From Monocercomonoides exilis PA203 (taxonomy: Eukaryota > Protista > Preaxostyla): DNA of 64,000 nt. A model generated the notes under the pieces. That model was given only the letters and a program-made list of their open reading frames with translations. It was not told where the DNA came from and searched no databases. The stretch spans positions 1,550,001 to 1,614,000 of the forward strand of contig LSRY02000005.1 of assembly GCA_001643675.2 (NCBI GenBank). The letters are read 5' to 3'. Below are positions 25,201 through 34,595 of the stretch, one piece after another. The stretch's first letter is position 1. Each line of letters starts with the position of its first letter. A program made the translations under genes and the position numbers.

Positions 25201-26437
25201 GCGTCATTCAATTCACAATTCGATAAACAATTCAATTGATAGATCGAGTTATCCAACGAAAACTCCTTCTACGAATTTCAAGTCAGATCCATCTTCAAAT
25301 GATGCTTCTTCATCTAAAATGGATAAACGGATTCCTCTCCGCAAAGCACCAACAAGATTTGAACTTGTTGGAACAGCTATTCCTTTGGAAGAATGGAGGG
25401 AGTTGCACATGAAGAGTATATCAGATACGTCTTATGAAGATTCAGAGGAGCAGCAAAATCAGCTTGATGATCTTTTTACTCAAAAGAATTTCAAAGAAAA
25501 TTCCGATTTCTCCGAAAAGATAGAAACAGCACTGCAGTCTTATCTTTCTTCGGTTGACGATGCGGGAATTCTTCTTCATCCAAACTTTATTGAAGGATGC
25601 ATAAGAAAGACTAAAGCTGAACTGAATAAATTATCTGCTTCATCTTTCAGCGGTGATGGAGAAAGAATTGAGTCGGAACACTCAAACAAAGACTCTCATT
25701 CAATTTTTGAAGAATCGGGCACATCTAAAAATGAAAGCGAATTAAGCAGATGCGAAGAGCTTTTGTCAGAGGTGAACATGCTTATGACACAAGAAGAGGC
25801 AAACGGGTTGAATCTTTCTATGTGCAGCGATGATGAGGAGATTGCTGAGGAGCCTGTTGATAACATAGGATCGCCAGTGCTTTCGCTACCTTTATCTCCA
25901 CTCGTTGAAGATTCACAGAAAAGGAAAGGAAAACAACAAAGGAAAAATAAGAAAGGGAGAGGTGTTGAATCTTCTGAGACATCGATGGAAGAATATGATT
26001 GGGAAGTTGAGAGTGATTCGAGTGGATCTGAGGATGAAGATGAAGATGAAGACGATATCAATATCATCGATGAAAGCTCGGATGTGAATATTATCGATTC
26101 TGAAGATTCTGATGTTGAATCAGCATCTGAATGCAGAAGCGAACCAGAATCAAATAAAAAAATGAGTGGTGCAAAGAAGTCAAATAATAAAGCTAATTCG
26201 CAACCAACAAATAAACCATCAAAATCTTCAACAAGCAAAGCTTCAAAAAAGCAATCACAATCTGAAGACAACAAACCTCATAACCTTCACAAAATAGACT
26301 CAAACAAGGAAAAACAAAGAAAGCAGAAGAATAATGTCAATGACACATCCTCTTCAAAGGAAATTCAAACAAGAACGAAAATTAAGAAAGACAGAGCAAA
26401 AGTTGTGTTAGTCGATGATGACAGTTCAACTTCATAA
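16274..26437 (+). CDS. SCC2: Cohesin loader Scc2/Nipped-B-like HEAT-repeat protein
   Basis: 3387-aa ORF with Scc2/NIPBL-like blocks in the expected order: LVDTLLSCLHHPLYPSAQLFL, LRAEAVKSIAQLFDADPSLM, DKSATVRDSAV, DKTVIVRKKAMK and ALRIVEIGLMQKVVH...LLSDPDASV. Confidence 0.8.
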   Translation: MEKTIASFSAHALLECIVGKDYKDRKNLENFSFTNVTPEYFSSLKVFLLGILNKTIVDDILSDTKEMLLLFECVSEYFSFALESKQLNSQLIFQQIKKKSQKKLNSSTKNLRKFDAFPISLRCALESCNCLLLLLIINVNYDPQKMRNAINKIIQFLHIAIKDIVVSNILKEYKFITKQKSRIDQYSNSFTFEFLKSVSEAIVETLSHLCAFISYHHLDDLQVSHLQTVILSLFSFGGWNLTSSSNADFKSSSKESLNKSSNYIMSIFSQLLQPLQNEGITILSLMFTEYPSLRDGQIEDLFLMIVQWKDYDNLSLGEERTVSMNVSVKAQEQFYSTPPPLLRALLTMVQSSFRVRAFTYAPFSNAQDESFSGQQNANELEKGGKEESSLIVEEATISKSDLAIDDSIIKVESELLLNKKQRRGTLKEIVASLSRGISMILDCCGISAQVALMKMNKKASNEEQTKVHPKQNTDLQALSTAIPSSPSSSSSSASSSTSSNESDVLPPNFTPSSSLCRWYRRCLSRLVDTLLSCLHHPLYPSAQLFLFLIASQLSESLNAFRGASSGNEAKANQSMSKIAYPFGSSVPLSGQCVIIETMKQRHFLYLLNRIAHSVDTAKLAGVQHSDRLMKKAEEKEKERSERENEIISEWRSLCNVRSRESVVKKKGKSKHHSEDFASNEKEKLFISDLDSWKQRQIKAENLEEDTKQSVISTRTEELQKRRLLCAVCGLPLTTTQPWRYQTDGITAQSTANRMFADALRREEAKNDEASMLVPELDNSERLAIRKPSQKKMAKKKTGFCLLCGCALHLCCAGIDDGRLEGESEAKDLNTICDACAFLYCKTTPVCGYELINVTHCELKIEDDDMNSTEMVKASENHSEYKCNFVSSGNFSVSNAFYHLLLLLDLIKVYVTKESSQWFETSNFQHSSDASSTSIDSIPLIADFGKMFEGKEEKEEKAIREDNDRYYHNSDKEELLFDALYKYLCTLFHQTQNNSENNGFLSFLANSLSFSASILSISLSASTHSSELKKEEKIEFSHQLRLFQRFVSTIHDAVDDENEHIQEYKAGSAASVLTHPPFLHSILNDAVSSQSDSIDQSKSPDTSILSLTDKDSKEKAITVVNDDEEEEKVNKKHKRKEKKHKKKQANKDDSFSNPQQAEKEGFGFDFKLTSNESSSSAIEEASANSSDANLIKQKYEADEHSTFIPFPSTFLMPVRPLIYDFSFPLSQSSSSSSSLISTTSSSSSSSSSSFSFTSTSFPTISTSPLLRSQLSLFPTSLLSSLFTPLFISPLLSAMNSTTVSLRAEAVKSIAQLFDADPSLMNEKTFRTDSISDKASKLFEGETKTEEQQAKELENSEEKKENQQEAQQEERIDFNLKVFVLSLVRDKSATVRDSAVTVIQRKLLSHLGAFIRSDDASEENEKCSDEWWELNVLSMLVEDKTVIVRKKAMKALESFVFCASDAVNRQQLTETISFDLDEKSVQYALQRTVHDLFRELELSEHLTQDELNSTLRHFIFLGTLPSFLNADYLDASIPSFYREWKLLLSENDEESEETDSDKNINFDELCIRFVDAVELCDETTLVSDDWWKQQIQTAFPHLTASFDSNMKSMQKLKTHRERSLFEQKRQKEALHVRQFGDALVKRMLCMKKVIHEIEMEQEGLTVREGDKEGKEEKDDFKEEEEEEDRNERDFERSFSNTHRSYQEMSAISKKKKGMEQCWTIFRCMYLLTTAIPMLFAKQFNLLLSFFIASEVSEQQTGETENLKCLPLAAEIVRLMAVASREEELRVLQPFGSVPNEDVNDLSAEEDSFLSFNHKISSESTLSHTFFSQMHNASSIFASPSLEMFELAQKKLLQLLPCLPLQFAISHINSPLKSPEISVVRCLCDIIIHQTHNPAPLLRVVLLSTLILRQSQPLRNAKFSLSPKQIFPSSSSLMASSNETILQKTSDVSLENQAQMQPQLYSAPAPLLPAFSFSSFPLQTSSTVAVASFRIRALIIYSLQLISIICRFIDFNECMSESSIEEMTEEMRPIKGKPQQQTIENETGGDVNEDKSQIESGQHEEKLLETKKSSTQKSFCGLDCRNFYFSLFRLCVFYASFGDSQISSAAIEATGHIIAHYPIILLKEFSNSWKYTGRSSLTEYPRYLSGLNTVTSQKSEESSFSNQVQQIKEANCQGSASSFTTWNDQITRWLVPHADDNSTSLSCKSTLFRFAEQSSLSPSVEVKAAQLRVILMLLKDDEEKVKCQQKMIALRQEMNARQARKRKQRLEKAKKKADLADQKKKKKDGIISFPFGKKKSGLISQTNQKQNKAQKKQANTNIQSKQKMKKKTEAFLQSMKTWLSDYRKGAKQTSNALLNPPTSLPLSPPISPILSPSLESSISIIKKEGERENEEAGENQTLQSEESVKEEEEEKLKIEEVEELDHKDKQISEEQKSESHETPKDSSLRSESESESESSCSSSSSSSSSNSSDSDSTSSYSSSTSSSSSSVTSSTFSKMNSASISSSFFLTQSRKGALPSGYSLTASLLQLHQEGIRCCALSRHSSLRLPALRIVEIGLMQKVVHSGLFTSVVICLLSDPDASVANNAWNVLLALIGIRRGQDEGTNTGGKWSDEQKRGRGKNAKAQIWKNRGRGVDKDWLKNRMGIDENGHGGIFDETVENKEKTLKTNDSLSLIDQKKKSKRDQSRFKQDMGDSIGCINLNDITSGIILSYTFQMRALAERNNILIKENLSTMASKLAESKSKENNSFENDMETSEFLKEKAISQKEKHVKNVCRELCVSLHQLTKPSASDLTSPSNRCTFADLFILLNEINSHLLNRVFTSLFDSMQNEFTMIDSLKEDSTDSSLNTMANHLSNSDCILIRSLHFCCYILNIVGSFCINSSKIPKQISSFLLRRCEFLVLKLSPIIETVEHVATVNSTKGNLLLSSVLLTKPEFKKQQIQSSSANSTISTSDDEQEIIIAPPSLMKCSHQLALLRSVLILRHSIHNSINNSIDRSSYPTKTPSTNFKSDPSSNDASSSKMDKRIPLRKAPTRFELVGTAIPLEEWRELHMKSISDTSYEDSEEQQNQLDDLFTQKNFKENSDFSEKIETALQSYLSSVDDAGILLHPNFIEGCIRKTKAELNKLSASSFSGDGERIESEHSNKDSHSIFEESGTSKNESELSRCEELLSEVNMLMTQEEANGLNLSMCSDDEEIAEEPVDNIGSPVLSLPLSPLVEDSQKRKGKQQRKNKKGRGVESSETSMEEYDWEVESDSSGSEDEDEDEDDINIIDESSDVNIIDSEDSDVESASECRSEPESNKKMSGAKKSNNKANSQPTNKPSKSSTSKASKKQSQSEDNKPHNLHKIDSNKEKQRKQKNNVNDTSSSKEIQTRTKIKKDRAKVVLVDDDSSTS

Positions 26438-26763
26438 AACATAGTTATTTTTAGCTTGTCATGTCAAAATTAGAAGTTACTTTTATTTTTTACAAATCTT
26501 TCTTTTTTGTTTGTTTTTTAATAAAAGAAATATGCTTTTATTTACATAAAGAATTTTAACCAAAAGTCTAAATATCTATCAGAAGTGCCTAAAAAATTTA
26601 TGAATGCAAACTACACAAACACAAAAGATGATAAAAAATAAAAAAAAAAGTGAAGAAAAGATAAAAAAAAAAACTGAAACAAAGAGAAGTGGATGAAACG
26701 AATACAAGTTCAGAAAGTTACAGACAAAGCCAACCTCAAAAGGAACACCTATGAATAAATCAA

Positions 26764-29700
26764 TCATTTCTGAATCCCTTTCCACAACTGCCAGAAAGAG
26801 ACGCCAACTGCAGAGACACATAAAGCAAGATCAAGACATATGGATGTTATCATAATCTTCCGAAATCTGCTCATTTTGGGTTTTGGGCGAATCTGCGAAG
26901 CTAACTGCATATTAGGCTTCTTTGCAATTGTCACTTGTTCCTTGCAAACACCCGCTTTCTCATTCGGTGCGAATGGAGGTGTGAAAGAGAGCAGCAGCTT
27001 CTTTGGCTTCCATTTCCCCGCCTCCAACACTTTGTTTGGAGAGCTTCTGTCTTCTTCCTCATTCTCGTCTGTGTCAGAATCGGTGCAATTGTCATAATTA
27101 ACCTCCAAAAGCACCCCATCTTCAAACAGATCGTTCTCTTCTCCGTTCACTTCGTTCAGATCTCCTCCTCCTTCTTCTTCCTCTTCCTCTTCCTCTTCCT
27201 CTTCTCCTTCGTCTTCAAATCCGTGTGTTTTATTGAATGCCATCTGGAACAGTCTGGATGATGGTGTGCCTCGCTCTTGAAAAGCAGAAGCAATCGGAGA
27301 GACCATCGAAAGAGTCGTGACACTTTTGTTCAAGCTCATCTGCTTTCCACTGGAAATTTCTCGTTCTTCTTTGCAGTCTTTCTCTTTATCATCATCTTTA
27401 CTATTATTATTATTATTATTATTATTATCTTCTTTATCTTCTTTATCTTCTTCCTCTTCTTCTGCTGCTGCTGATCTTCTTTCAATGACTTCAATCATTC
27501 TTTCCTTCTTTTCTCTCTCTTCTTCTTTGTTCCTCCTTTCTTCCACTTCCACAACCCTTTCTCTCTTAACAGATTCATAAGCTTCCATTTCATTAGCCAT
27601 TTCTGTTTCTTTGCAAACATTTTCTTCTTCTTTCCTCTTTCTGCTTTCTTCGTCTCTTTTCAATCGAAGTTCTTCTTCTTTTCTTTCTCTTCTCTCTTTC
27701 TCTTCCATCTTCAGCCTTTCCTCTATTTCTCTTTTGACTCTTTCTTTTTTCTCTTCAATTCTCTTTCTTTCTTCTTCTCTTTTTAATCTTTCTTCCTCTT
27801 TCTTCCTCTTCCTCTCTCGTTCTTCTTCTTCTTTTCTTCTTCTCATTTCCTCTTTCCTCTTCTTTTTCTCCTCTTCTTGCTTCATTCTAACTTCAATTTC
27901 TTTCTGCTTCTTCTCCTCTTCCTCCTCTTTTCTCTTTTTCTCCTCTTCTTCTTTCTTCATTCTCTCTTCTTCCCTCTTCAACCTTTCTTCCTCTTCCTTT
28001 TTCTTCCTCTCTTCTTCTTCTTCTTTCTTCTTCTTCTCTTCTTCCTCCTCCCGCTTTATTCTTTCTTCTTCCTCTTTTTTGATCCGTGCCTCCTCTTCTT
28101 TTCTTTGTCTTTCTTCATCTTCTCTACGAATTCGTTCTTCTTCCTCTTTTCTTATTCTCTCTTCTTCTTTTCTAAGCCTTTCTTCCTCTTCCCTCTTTAA
28201 TCTTTCTTCTTCTTTCTGCCTTCTTTCCTCTTCCTCCTTTCTCAATCGTTCTTCTTCTTCTTGTTTCAGTCTTTCTGCTTCTTCCCTTCTTGCTCTCTCT
28301 TCTTCTTCTCTCTTCTTTCTTTCTTCCTCTTCTCTTCTGACACGTTCTTCCTCCTCCTTCCTCTTCTTTTCTTCCTCTTCTTTCCTTAATCTCTCTTCTT
28401 CCTCTCTCTTCAATCTTTCTTCCTCTTCCTTCTTCTTCCTCTCTTCTTCTTTCTTGATCCTTTCCTCTTCTTCTTGTTTCAATCTTTCTTCTTCCTCCTT
28501 TCTAAGCCTTTCTTCTTCTTCTTCTTCTTCTCGTTTTAATCTCTCTTCTTCCTCTGTCCTTATTCGTTCCTCCTCTTCCCTTCTAATTCTTTCTTCTTCT
28601 TCTTTTCTCAATCGTTCTTCTTCCTCTTCCCTTTTCAATCTTTCCTCTTCTTCTATTCGTAAACGCTCCTCTTCTTCTTTCCTTTTTCTCTCTTCCTCTT
28701 CTTTTCTTAAGCGCTCTTCCTCCTCTTTCTTCTTTCTCTCTTCCTCCTCCTTTCTTAATCTTTCTTCCTCTTCTTTGCGTTCTCTTTCTTCTTTCTCTCT
28801 CCGAATGCGTTCTTCTTCTTCCTTCTTCTTTCTTTCTTCCTCTTCTTTTCTTAATCTCTCTTCTTCCTCTTTTCTCTTCCTTTCCTCTTCTTCTCTCTTT
28901 ATTCGTTCCTCTTCTTCCTTTCTCCTTTTCTCTTCTTCTTCCTTCTTCTTCTTCTCTTCCTTCAAACGTTTCAGCAACAATTTAGCTTCCATCATTTGCT
29001 TTCTGCTTATTAAAAATTCTTCAATTTTGGAAACGGCTTTCTTCTTCTTCCTCTTTTCCTCTTCTTCTCTTCTTATCCTTTCTTCTTCTTCCTTCCTCAA
29101 CCTTTCTTCTTCCTCTTTCCTTATTCGCTCTTCTTCTTCTCGCTTTAATCTTTCCTCTTCTTCCTTTCGTTTTCTCTCTTCTTCGTCCTTCCTCCTCCTT
29201 TCTTCCTCCTCTTTTCTTTTTCTTTCCTCCTCCTCCTTTCTCAATCTTTCTTCCTCCTCTTTTCTTTGTCTCTCTTCTTCTTCTCTTCTTATTCGTTCCT
29301 CCTCTTCCTTTCTCTTCCTCTCTTCCTCTTCCTTTCTCAATCTTTCTTCTTCTTCTTCTCTCTTTCTTCTTTCTTCTTCTTCCTTGCGTTTTCGCTCCTC
29401 TTCTTCTTTTCTGAGCCTTTCCTCTTCCTCTTTCCTAATTCGTTCTTCTTCTTCTCGTTTCAATCTTTCCTCTTCCTCCTTCTTCTTCCTTTCTTCTTCC
29501 TCTTTCCGCTTTCTTTCTTCTTCTTTTCTCAATCGTTCTTCTTCCTCTTTCTTCTTTCGTTCCGCTTCTTCCCTTCTCAAACGCTCCTCTTCTTCTCTCT
29601 TTCTTCTTTCCTCCTCTTCTTTCCTCAATCTTTCTTCCTCTTCTTTTCTAAGCCTTTCCTCTTCCTCCCTCTTTCTTCTTTCTTCTTCCTCTTTCCTCAA

Positions 29701-31357
29701 TCTTTCTTCCTCTTCTTTGCGTTTTCTTTCCTCTTCCTCCTTCCTCTTTCTTTCCTCTTCCTCCTTCCTCTTTCTTTCTTCTTCCTCTTTTTTCAATCGT
29801 TCTTCTTCTTCCCGTTTTAATCTTTCCTCTTCTTCTTTCTTTTTCCTCTCTTCTTCTTCTTTCCTTATTCTTTCCTCTTCCTCCCTCTTCTTTCTCTCTT
29901 CCTCCTCTTTTCGGATTCGTTCCTCTTCTTCTTTTCTCTTTCTCTCTTTCTCTTTCTCTTTCTCTTTCTCTTCTCGCATGAAATTCAACAAAACTTTAGC
30001 TTTTTCAATTTGCTTTCTGCTTATCCAAAATTCTTCAATTTTTACTACTGCTTTCTTTTCCCTTTCCTCTTTCTCTTTCCTCAATCGCTCTTCTTCTTCT
30101 CTCCTCTTCCTCTCCTCTTCCTCTCTCCTCTTTCTTTCCTCTTCCTCCTTCCTTTTTCTCTCTTCTTCTTCTTTTCTCTTCCTTTCCTCTTCTTCCCTCT
30201 TCAATCTTTCTTCCTCTTCCTTTTGCTTCCTCTCTTCTTCCTCTTTTCTCAATCTTTCTTCTTCCTCTTTCTTCTTCCTTTCCTCCTCTTCTTTTCTCTT
30301 CCTCTCCTCTTCCTCCTTTCTCAGTCTTTCTTCTTCTTCTCTTTTCAACCTTTCCTCCTCCTCTTTCTTCTTCCTTTCTTCTTCCTCTTTTCTCCTCCTC
30401 TCCTCTTCTTCCTTCCTCTTCCTTTCTTCCTCTTTCCGTTTTAATCTCTCTTCTTCTTCTCTTTTGATGCGTTCTTCCTCTTCTTTCCTCTTCCTTTCCT
30501 CTTCCTCTTTTCGCAAGCGCTCCTCTTCCTCCTTCTTCTTTCTCTCTTCCTCCTCTTTTCTAAGTCTTTCTTCTTCTTCCTTTCTCTTTCTTTCCTCTTC
30601 CTCTTTTCTGATTCGTTCTTCCTCTTCTTTCTTTCTTCTTTCTTCTTCCTCTTTCTTCTTCCTTTCATCTTCTTCCTTTCGTTTTCTTTCCTCTTCCTCC
30701 TTTCTCAACTTTTCTTCTTCTTCCTTCTTTAATCGTTCCTCTTCTTCTTTTCTCTTCTTATCTTCTTGTTCCTGATTGGATGTTTTTATTGTATCGAGTG
30801 AATAATTCGAGTCAGTTATGATTAAACATTCGTCCCCGTTGGAAACATTATTGGTGCAGATTTCATTTGATCCATTGTCGTTTGTGTGTTCAAAAGATTG
30901 TGACCGATTATTTTGAGCTATTTCCCTTATCATTTTCCATCCTTCTCCACTGCACGAGTTCTCGGGAATGTGAGAAAGAAAAATGTGCTTTTGCTTATTA
31001 AAAGTGACCGTAAAGAAAAAATGTGTTTCGGACGGAATGCTATCACCAATAAATATACTGCTATTTTCGCCTTCTTCCCAATTCTAATGAAGTGTTAAAT
31101 TCGTAATTTCGAGAAATTCCAGCAAATAAAAGAAAACACACATCAAATGGAGAAATTTGAAATAATTTGAATTCAATTTTAATTCCAATTGGTATCCTGG
31201 CTGTAATAGAATCAATTGATAAGGTTTTTGCTTCAACCTCTCGATTTTCTTTCGCGCGTTCGATTTTCCATTGAAAAAGTTCATCACACCCTCCAACGAT
31301 TATAAAATCGCGACTATCGCGTTTTTCAACAGAAAAATGTGCAAATATATGTGACAT
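26764..31357 (-). CDS. CBM20-like carbohydrate-binding domain + very long E/K/R single-alpha-helix + C-terminal TM anchor; join(31142..31357, 26764..31083), ~1511 aa
   Basis: A phase-0 58-nt GT..AG intron (31084-31141) joins the 72-codon upstream exon to a frame open into the 1389-aa ORF. The junction yields IIVGGCDELFQW...IEFKL...NWEEGEN. About 1050 aa of EEERKRK-type repeats follow, then a terminal hydrophobic segment IMITSICLDLALCVSAVGVSFWQLW. Confidence 0.75.
27620..30770 (-). repeat. Coding tandem repeat of ~7-8 aa units (EEEERKRK/EEEERLRK), almost pure purine coding strand
   Basis: Visible directly in the translation. The + strand is a ~3.1 kb polypyrimidine tract. Confidence 0.9.
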
Positions 31358-31521
31358 ATGTATTGCACTTAAAATTATTAACCTTTATCTTTTATGATTC
31401 GCATATTTGCTAAACTTCAATCAAGAAAATAATGAAATGGTAGTATTGATCGATTATTCTTGTTCGTTAATTTAACTTTCATTTCGAAAGACTTTACACT
31501 TGAAAAGAAAGTGATTTGATC
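31358..31521. promoter_or_regulatory. Putative bidirectional promoter (CBM20-SAH gene / prefoldin-like gene)
   Basis: Divergent start codons 164 bp apart. Position-based inference only. Confidence 0.45.
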
Positions 31522-31869
31522 ATGGAATCATCATTTGCAACTAATGATTGGATAAAACTCCAACAAAGCATAAGATTGGTTCAAACTCAGATTTATGAAT
31601 TATCCACTGTTCGCAAAGGAAAGGTCAGTATTTCATGAAAGTTCACTTTCATTTTTTATGTAATATTTTAAAGAGTGTTTACAGGAAAAGAGGTAATCTG
31701 TTTTATCCAGAAGGATCAGTTGAATCATTTCGAGATGAAAAACAAAGGTATTAATCAATTTTTGAAAAAATTGAATCAAAGATAGCATTTGTTTCATAGA
31801 AAATTAAAACAACTGCAGTCACAATTATCGCGGGATGAAAATCTGAAGGGAAAAAATGATGCAAAATAA
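31522..31869 (+). CDS. 81-aa prefoldin-beta-like microprotein (ASDURF-like); join(31522..31623,31674..31747,31800..31869)
   Basis: Two GT..AG introns of 50 and 52 nt join in frame: MESSFATNDWIKLQQSIRLVQTQIYELSTVRKGKSVYRKRGNLFYPEGSVESFRDEKQRKLKQLQSQLSRDENLKGKNDAK. The layout is helix - VYRxxGNLF hairpin - helix. Absent from the ORF track. Confidence 0.65.
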
Positions 31870-32254
31870 TTTTGAAGTAAGACAACAAATACATCTTTAT
31901 GATTTCCAGCTGAAGATCAATTATGTTCACTGACGATTATAATTATAGGAAAAAGAAAAGTTTGAACACCTCGAATCGCAGATTCATCCAGTTTAACCAA
32001 TAATTTTAAAGTGAATATACATTTTTTCACAAGTCCGAAAATTATAACACCAGTTGCTGATAATTTATTTTGGGTATTGATTCTAATTACATGGGATACT
32101 TGTATATTTTCTTTTTATTTTGAAGTTATTTGATCAAAGTATTATTTATTTTTTATTATCAAAAATTACAAATTATGCTTGATATCAGAAATTCGATTTC
32201 ATTATTATATAAATATTTTCGAAATTTTTTTGTGAAAATATTTTATTCGTTAAA

Positions 32255-32789
32255 ATGGTATTATAATTGCATTATTTTGTAATATTGAATATATTTTTAT
32301 TGATTTATCAAGGTTCAAGCACAAAAAGCACCTGCAAATCCCGCTGTTGTTAAAAGTGAAAAACCCAAAAAGGCTATCAAGTCCAGATCATTGAGAGCTG
32401 GACTGCAATTTCCCGTCGGTCGTATCCATCGTTTCTTGAAAGACAGCTTGTCGCACAGAGGAAGAGTTGGAGCAACTGCTGCTGTTTACTCTGCTGCTAT
32501 CCTTGTATGTAATTCAAAATTCATAATTGGAATTAAAAAATTCTTTAATGTTGTTTTTTAATTTTAGGAATACTTAACCGCAGAAGTGTTGGAATTGGCC
32601 GGAAATGCTTCAAAAGGACTTAAAGTGAAAAGAATCACACCAAGACATCTTTTGTTGGCTATTAGAGGAGATGAAGAATTGGATCAATTAATTAAGGCGA
32701 CAATTGCTGGTGGTGGTGTGATGCCTCACATTCACAAGGCTTTGATTGGACCAAAGGCAACCAAAGAAGATGAAATTCGTCAAGCATAA
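32255..32789 (+). CDS. H2AZ: Histone H2A.Z; join(32255..32257,32313..32504,32568..32789)
   Basis: Spliced product contains [50 protein letters not shown] and [38 protein letters not shown], diagnostic of H2A.Z. The ATG-only first exon is inferred. Confidence 0.95.
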
Positions 32790-33073
32790 ATGTTATCATG
32801 AATTTCTGTCAACTCCTCTTTATATAATTTATCGTTTTTTTAAAAACGTTTCAATTTCCTTTTTATATAAAACACTTTTAAGAAATTTAAATAATCACAT
32901 TTTTGCGATCTAAATACATAACTGAGATATAAAGTTTTTTAACAAATTTCAATTCCTCACCTTGTGAAATTTCTGAAACTAAAGTGATTGGAGGAATTTA
33001 AAATTTAAATAAATAATTTTACATTGCTTCGAACTGTCATATTAGATTTTGTTTCTTTAAATTTTGTTATTAA

Positions 33074-34564
33074 ATGAATATTTGGAAATCTGGAATCTCG
33101 GAATTTCCAAGTAAGAGGCCTAAGACATTCAGTAAACAAGCTAAATTTGATATAGGTGAAGATAAATTGAAAAATGCTCGGCAAAAAGTTATATTGAAGC
33201 AAAAAAGTATGAAAACTTATATTTTTTGAATTTTCAAAAAATCTTGCATAAATTTAAAAAATTAGAACCATCTTCTTACACACTTCCTCCATTAGAGCCA
33301 ACTAACTTTGAACGTTCCAAAGAATTGAATGGAGAAAAAGGAAATTTTCCAAACAAAGGCGATCATAGTTCTCAAATAATAAATTCGTTTGAATCTTCGA
33401 TGAAAACGACACAGTATCAAAAAAGACATCACCTTACGACGATTCAGTCAATCGGGCAAAGACAAGATATCATTCCTCCCACAAAGCCAAGGACTGTTTC
33501 CCCAATCCCAATAAGATTAATATCCTCACCTTATTCCACACAAATAAGGCCAATATCTCATCGAAAATCGTCTTTTAAGCCAAAAACTCCACGCTTTGTG
33601 AATCTGCTTGCACCTTCGCAAAAGCCTTCTCCGCCAACAACAAGCCGTCTTTCATTGTCTCGAGAGCAAAAACCACGCTCCTCAAGAAAGTCGAGGCCTC
33701 TCCCTTCTCGCTATTCAAATACGAGGTCTCATTCACAGCTGTCAACGAGCTCTGCATCAAGCTCTTTTTGTGAGCTTCCCTCAAACAGCGCAAATTCTAC
33801 AACTGAAGGAGCGTATCCAGAGCTAAGCTCTATTTCTTCTTCTTTCTATGACCAGTATGCAGAAGCTGAAAGCATCTTCAACGACATTCCGCTTCTTTCT
33901 CCGTTTGACTCGTTCGAAAGCTCGCTCGCCATTTCGCCGTCTGCTTCTCCCATTCCATCTCCGTTTTTCCCTTCGCAAGTCGCATATGCCTCGGCATACC
34001 CTTCTTCTTCTGCTTCTGCTGCTGCTTCTGCTGCTGCTGCTTTGTTTTTCCATCCTTCTCCTCCTTCATCATCACCACCTTCTCCTCCTCTTCCTTCATC
34101 ATCCGCTTCCTCTTCTTCTTCCTCCTCTTCTTCTTCTTCTCCTTCTTCTTCTTCTTCTTCTCTCCTCCCACCCTCTCGCCCTGTCCTTCTCTGCAACATC
34201 AACAAGACATTCCTTTATTTGCGCCTCCGAATCATTTCATTCATCCGCTCCTTCTTTTATCACCCGCTTTTCCCTTCCTCAGATGAAGACGCTGTTCCCA
34301 ATGCTTCTTCAATGTCGATGCTCAACAGAGCCATCCGAATGGCTTTTGAAATAAAGAAAAACGAAGCAAACTCTGCTGCTTCTGCTTCCGGTTCTTCTTC
34401 TTCTGCAAAGAATCGAAGTCATTCTTCATCTTTTTCCGGTTCTGAGCTCGGCTTGCCTGCTCCTTCTCCTTCTTCTTTACCTTCTCCTCAATTCATAACT
34501 CCTCCTTTGTCTTTGGCTTCGACGCAAGTTTTCAATCAATCACTTCACATTCCTTGTGGCAATG

Positions 34565-34595
<31 letters not shown>

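Noticed and set aside
27611-30775. 1054-aa + strand ORF of S/F/L
   Set aside because: Antisense shadow of the purine-rich EEERK repeat, which lacks stop codons for compositional reasons.
31890-32110. Possible C/D snoRNA or small gene between the prefoldin-like gene and H2A.Z
   Set aside because: No complete C box, no convincing guide sequence and no start-containing frame.
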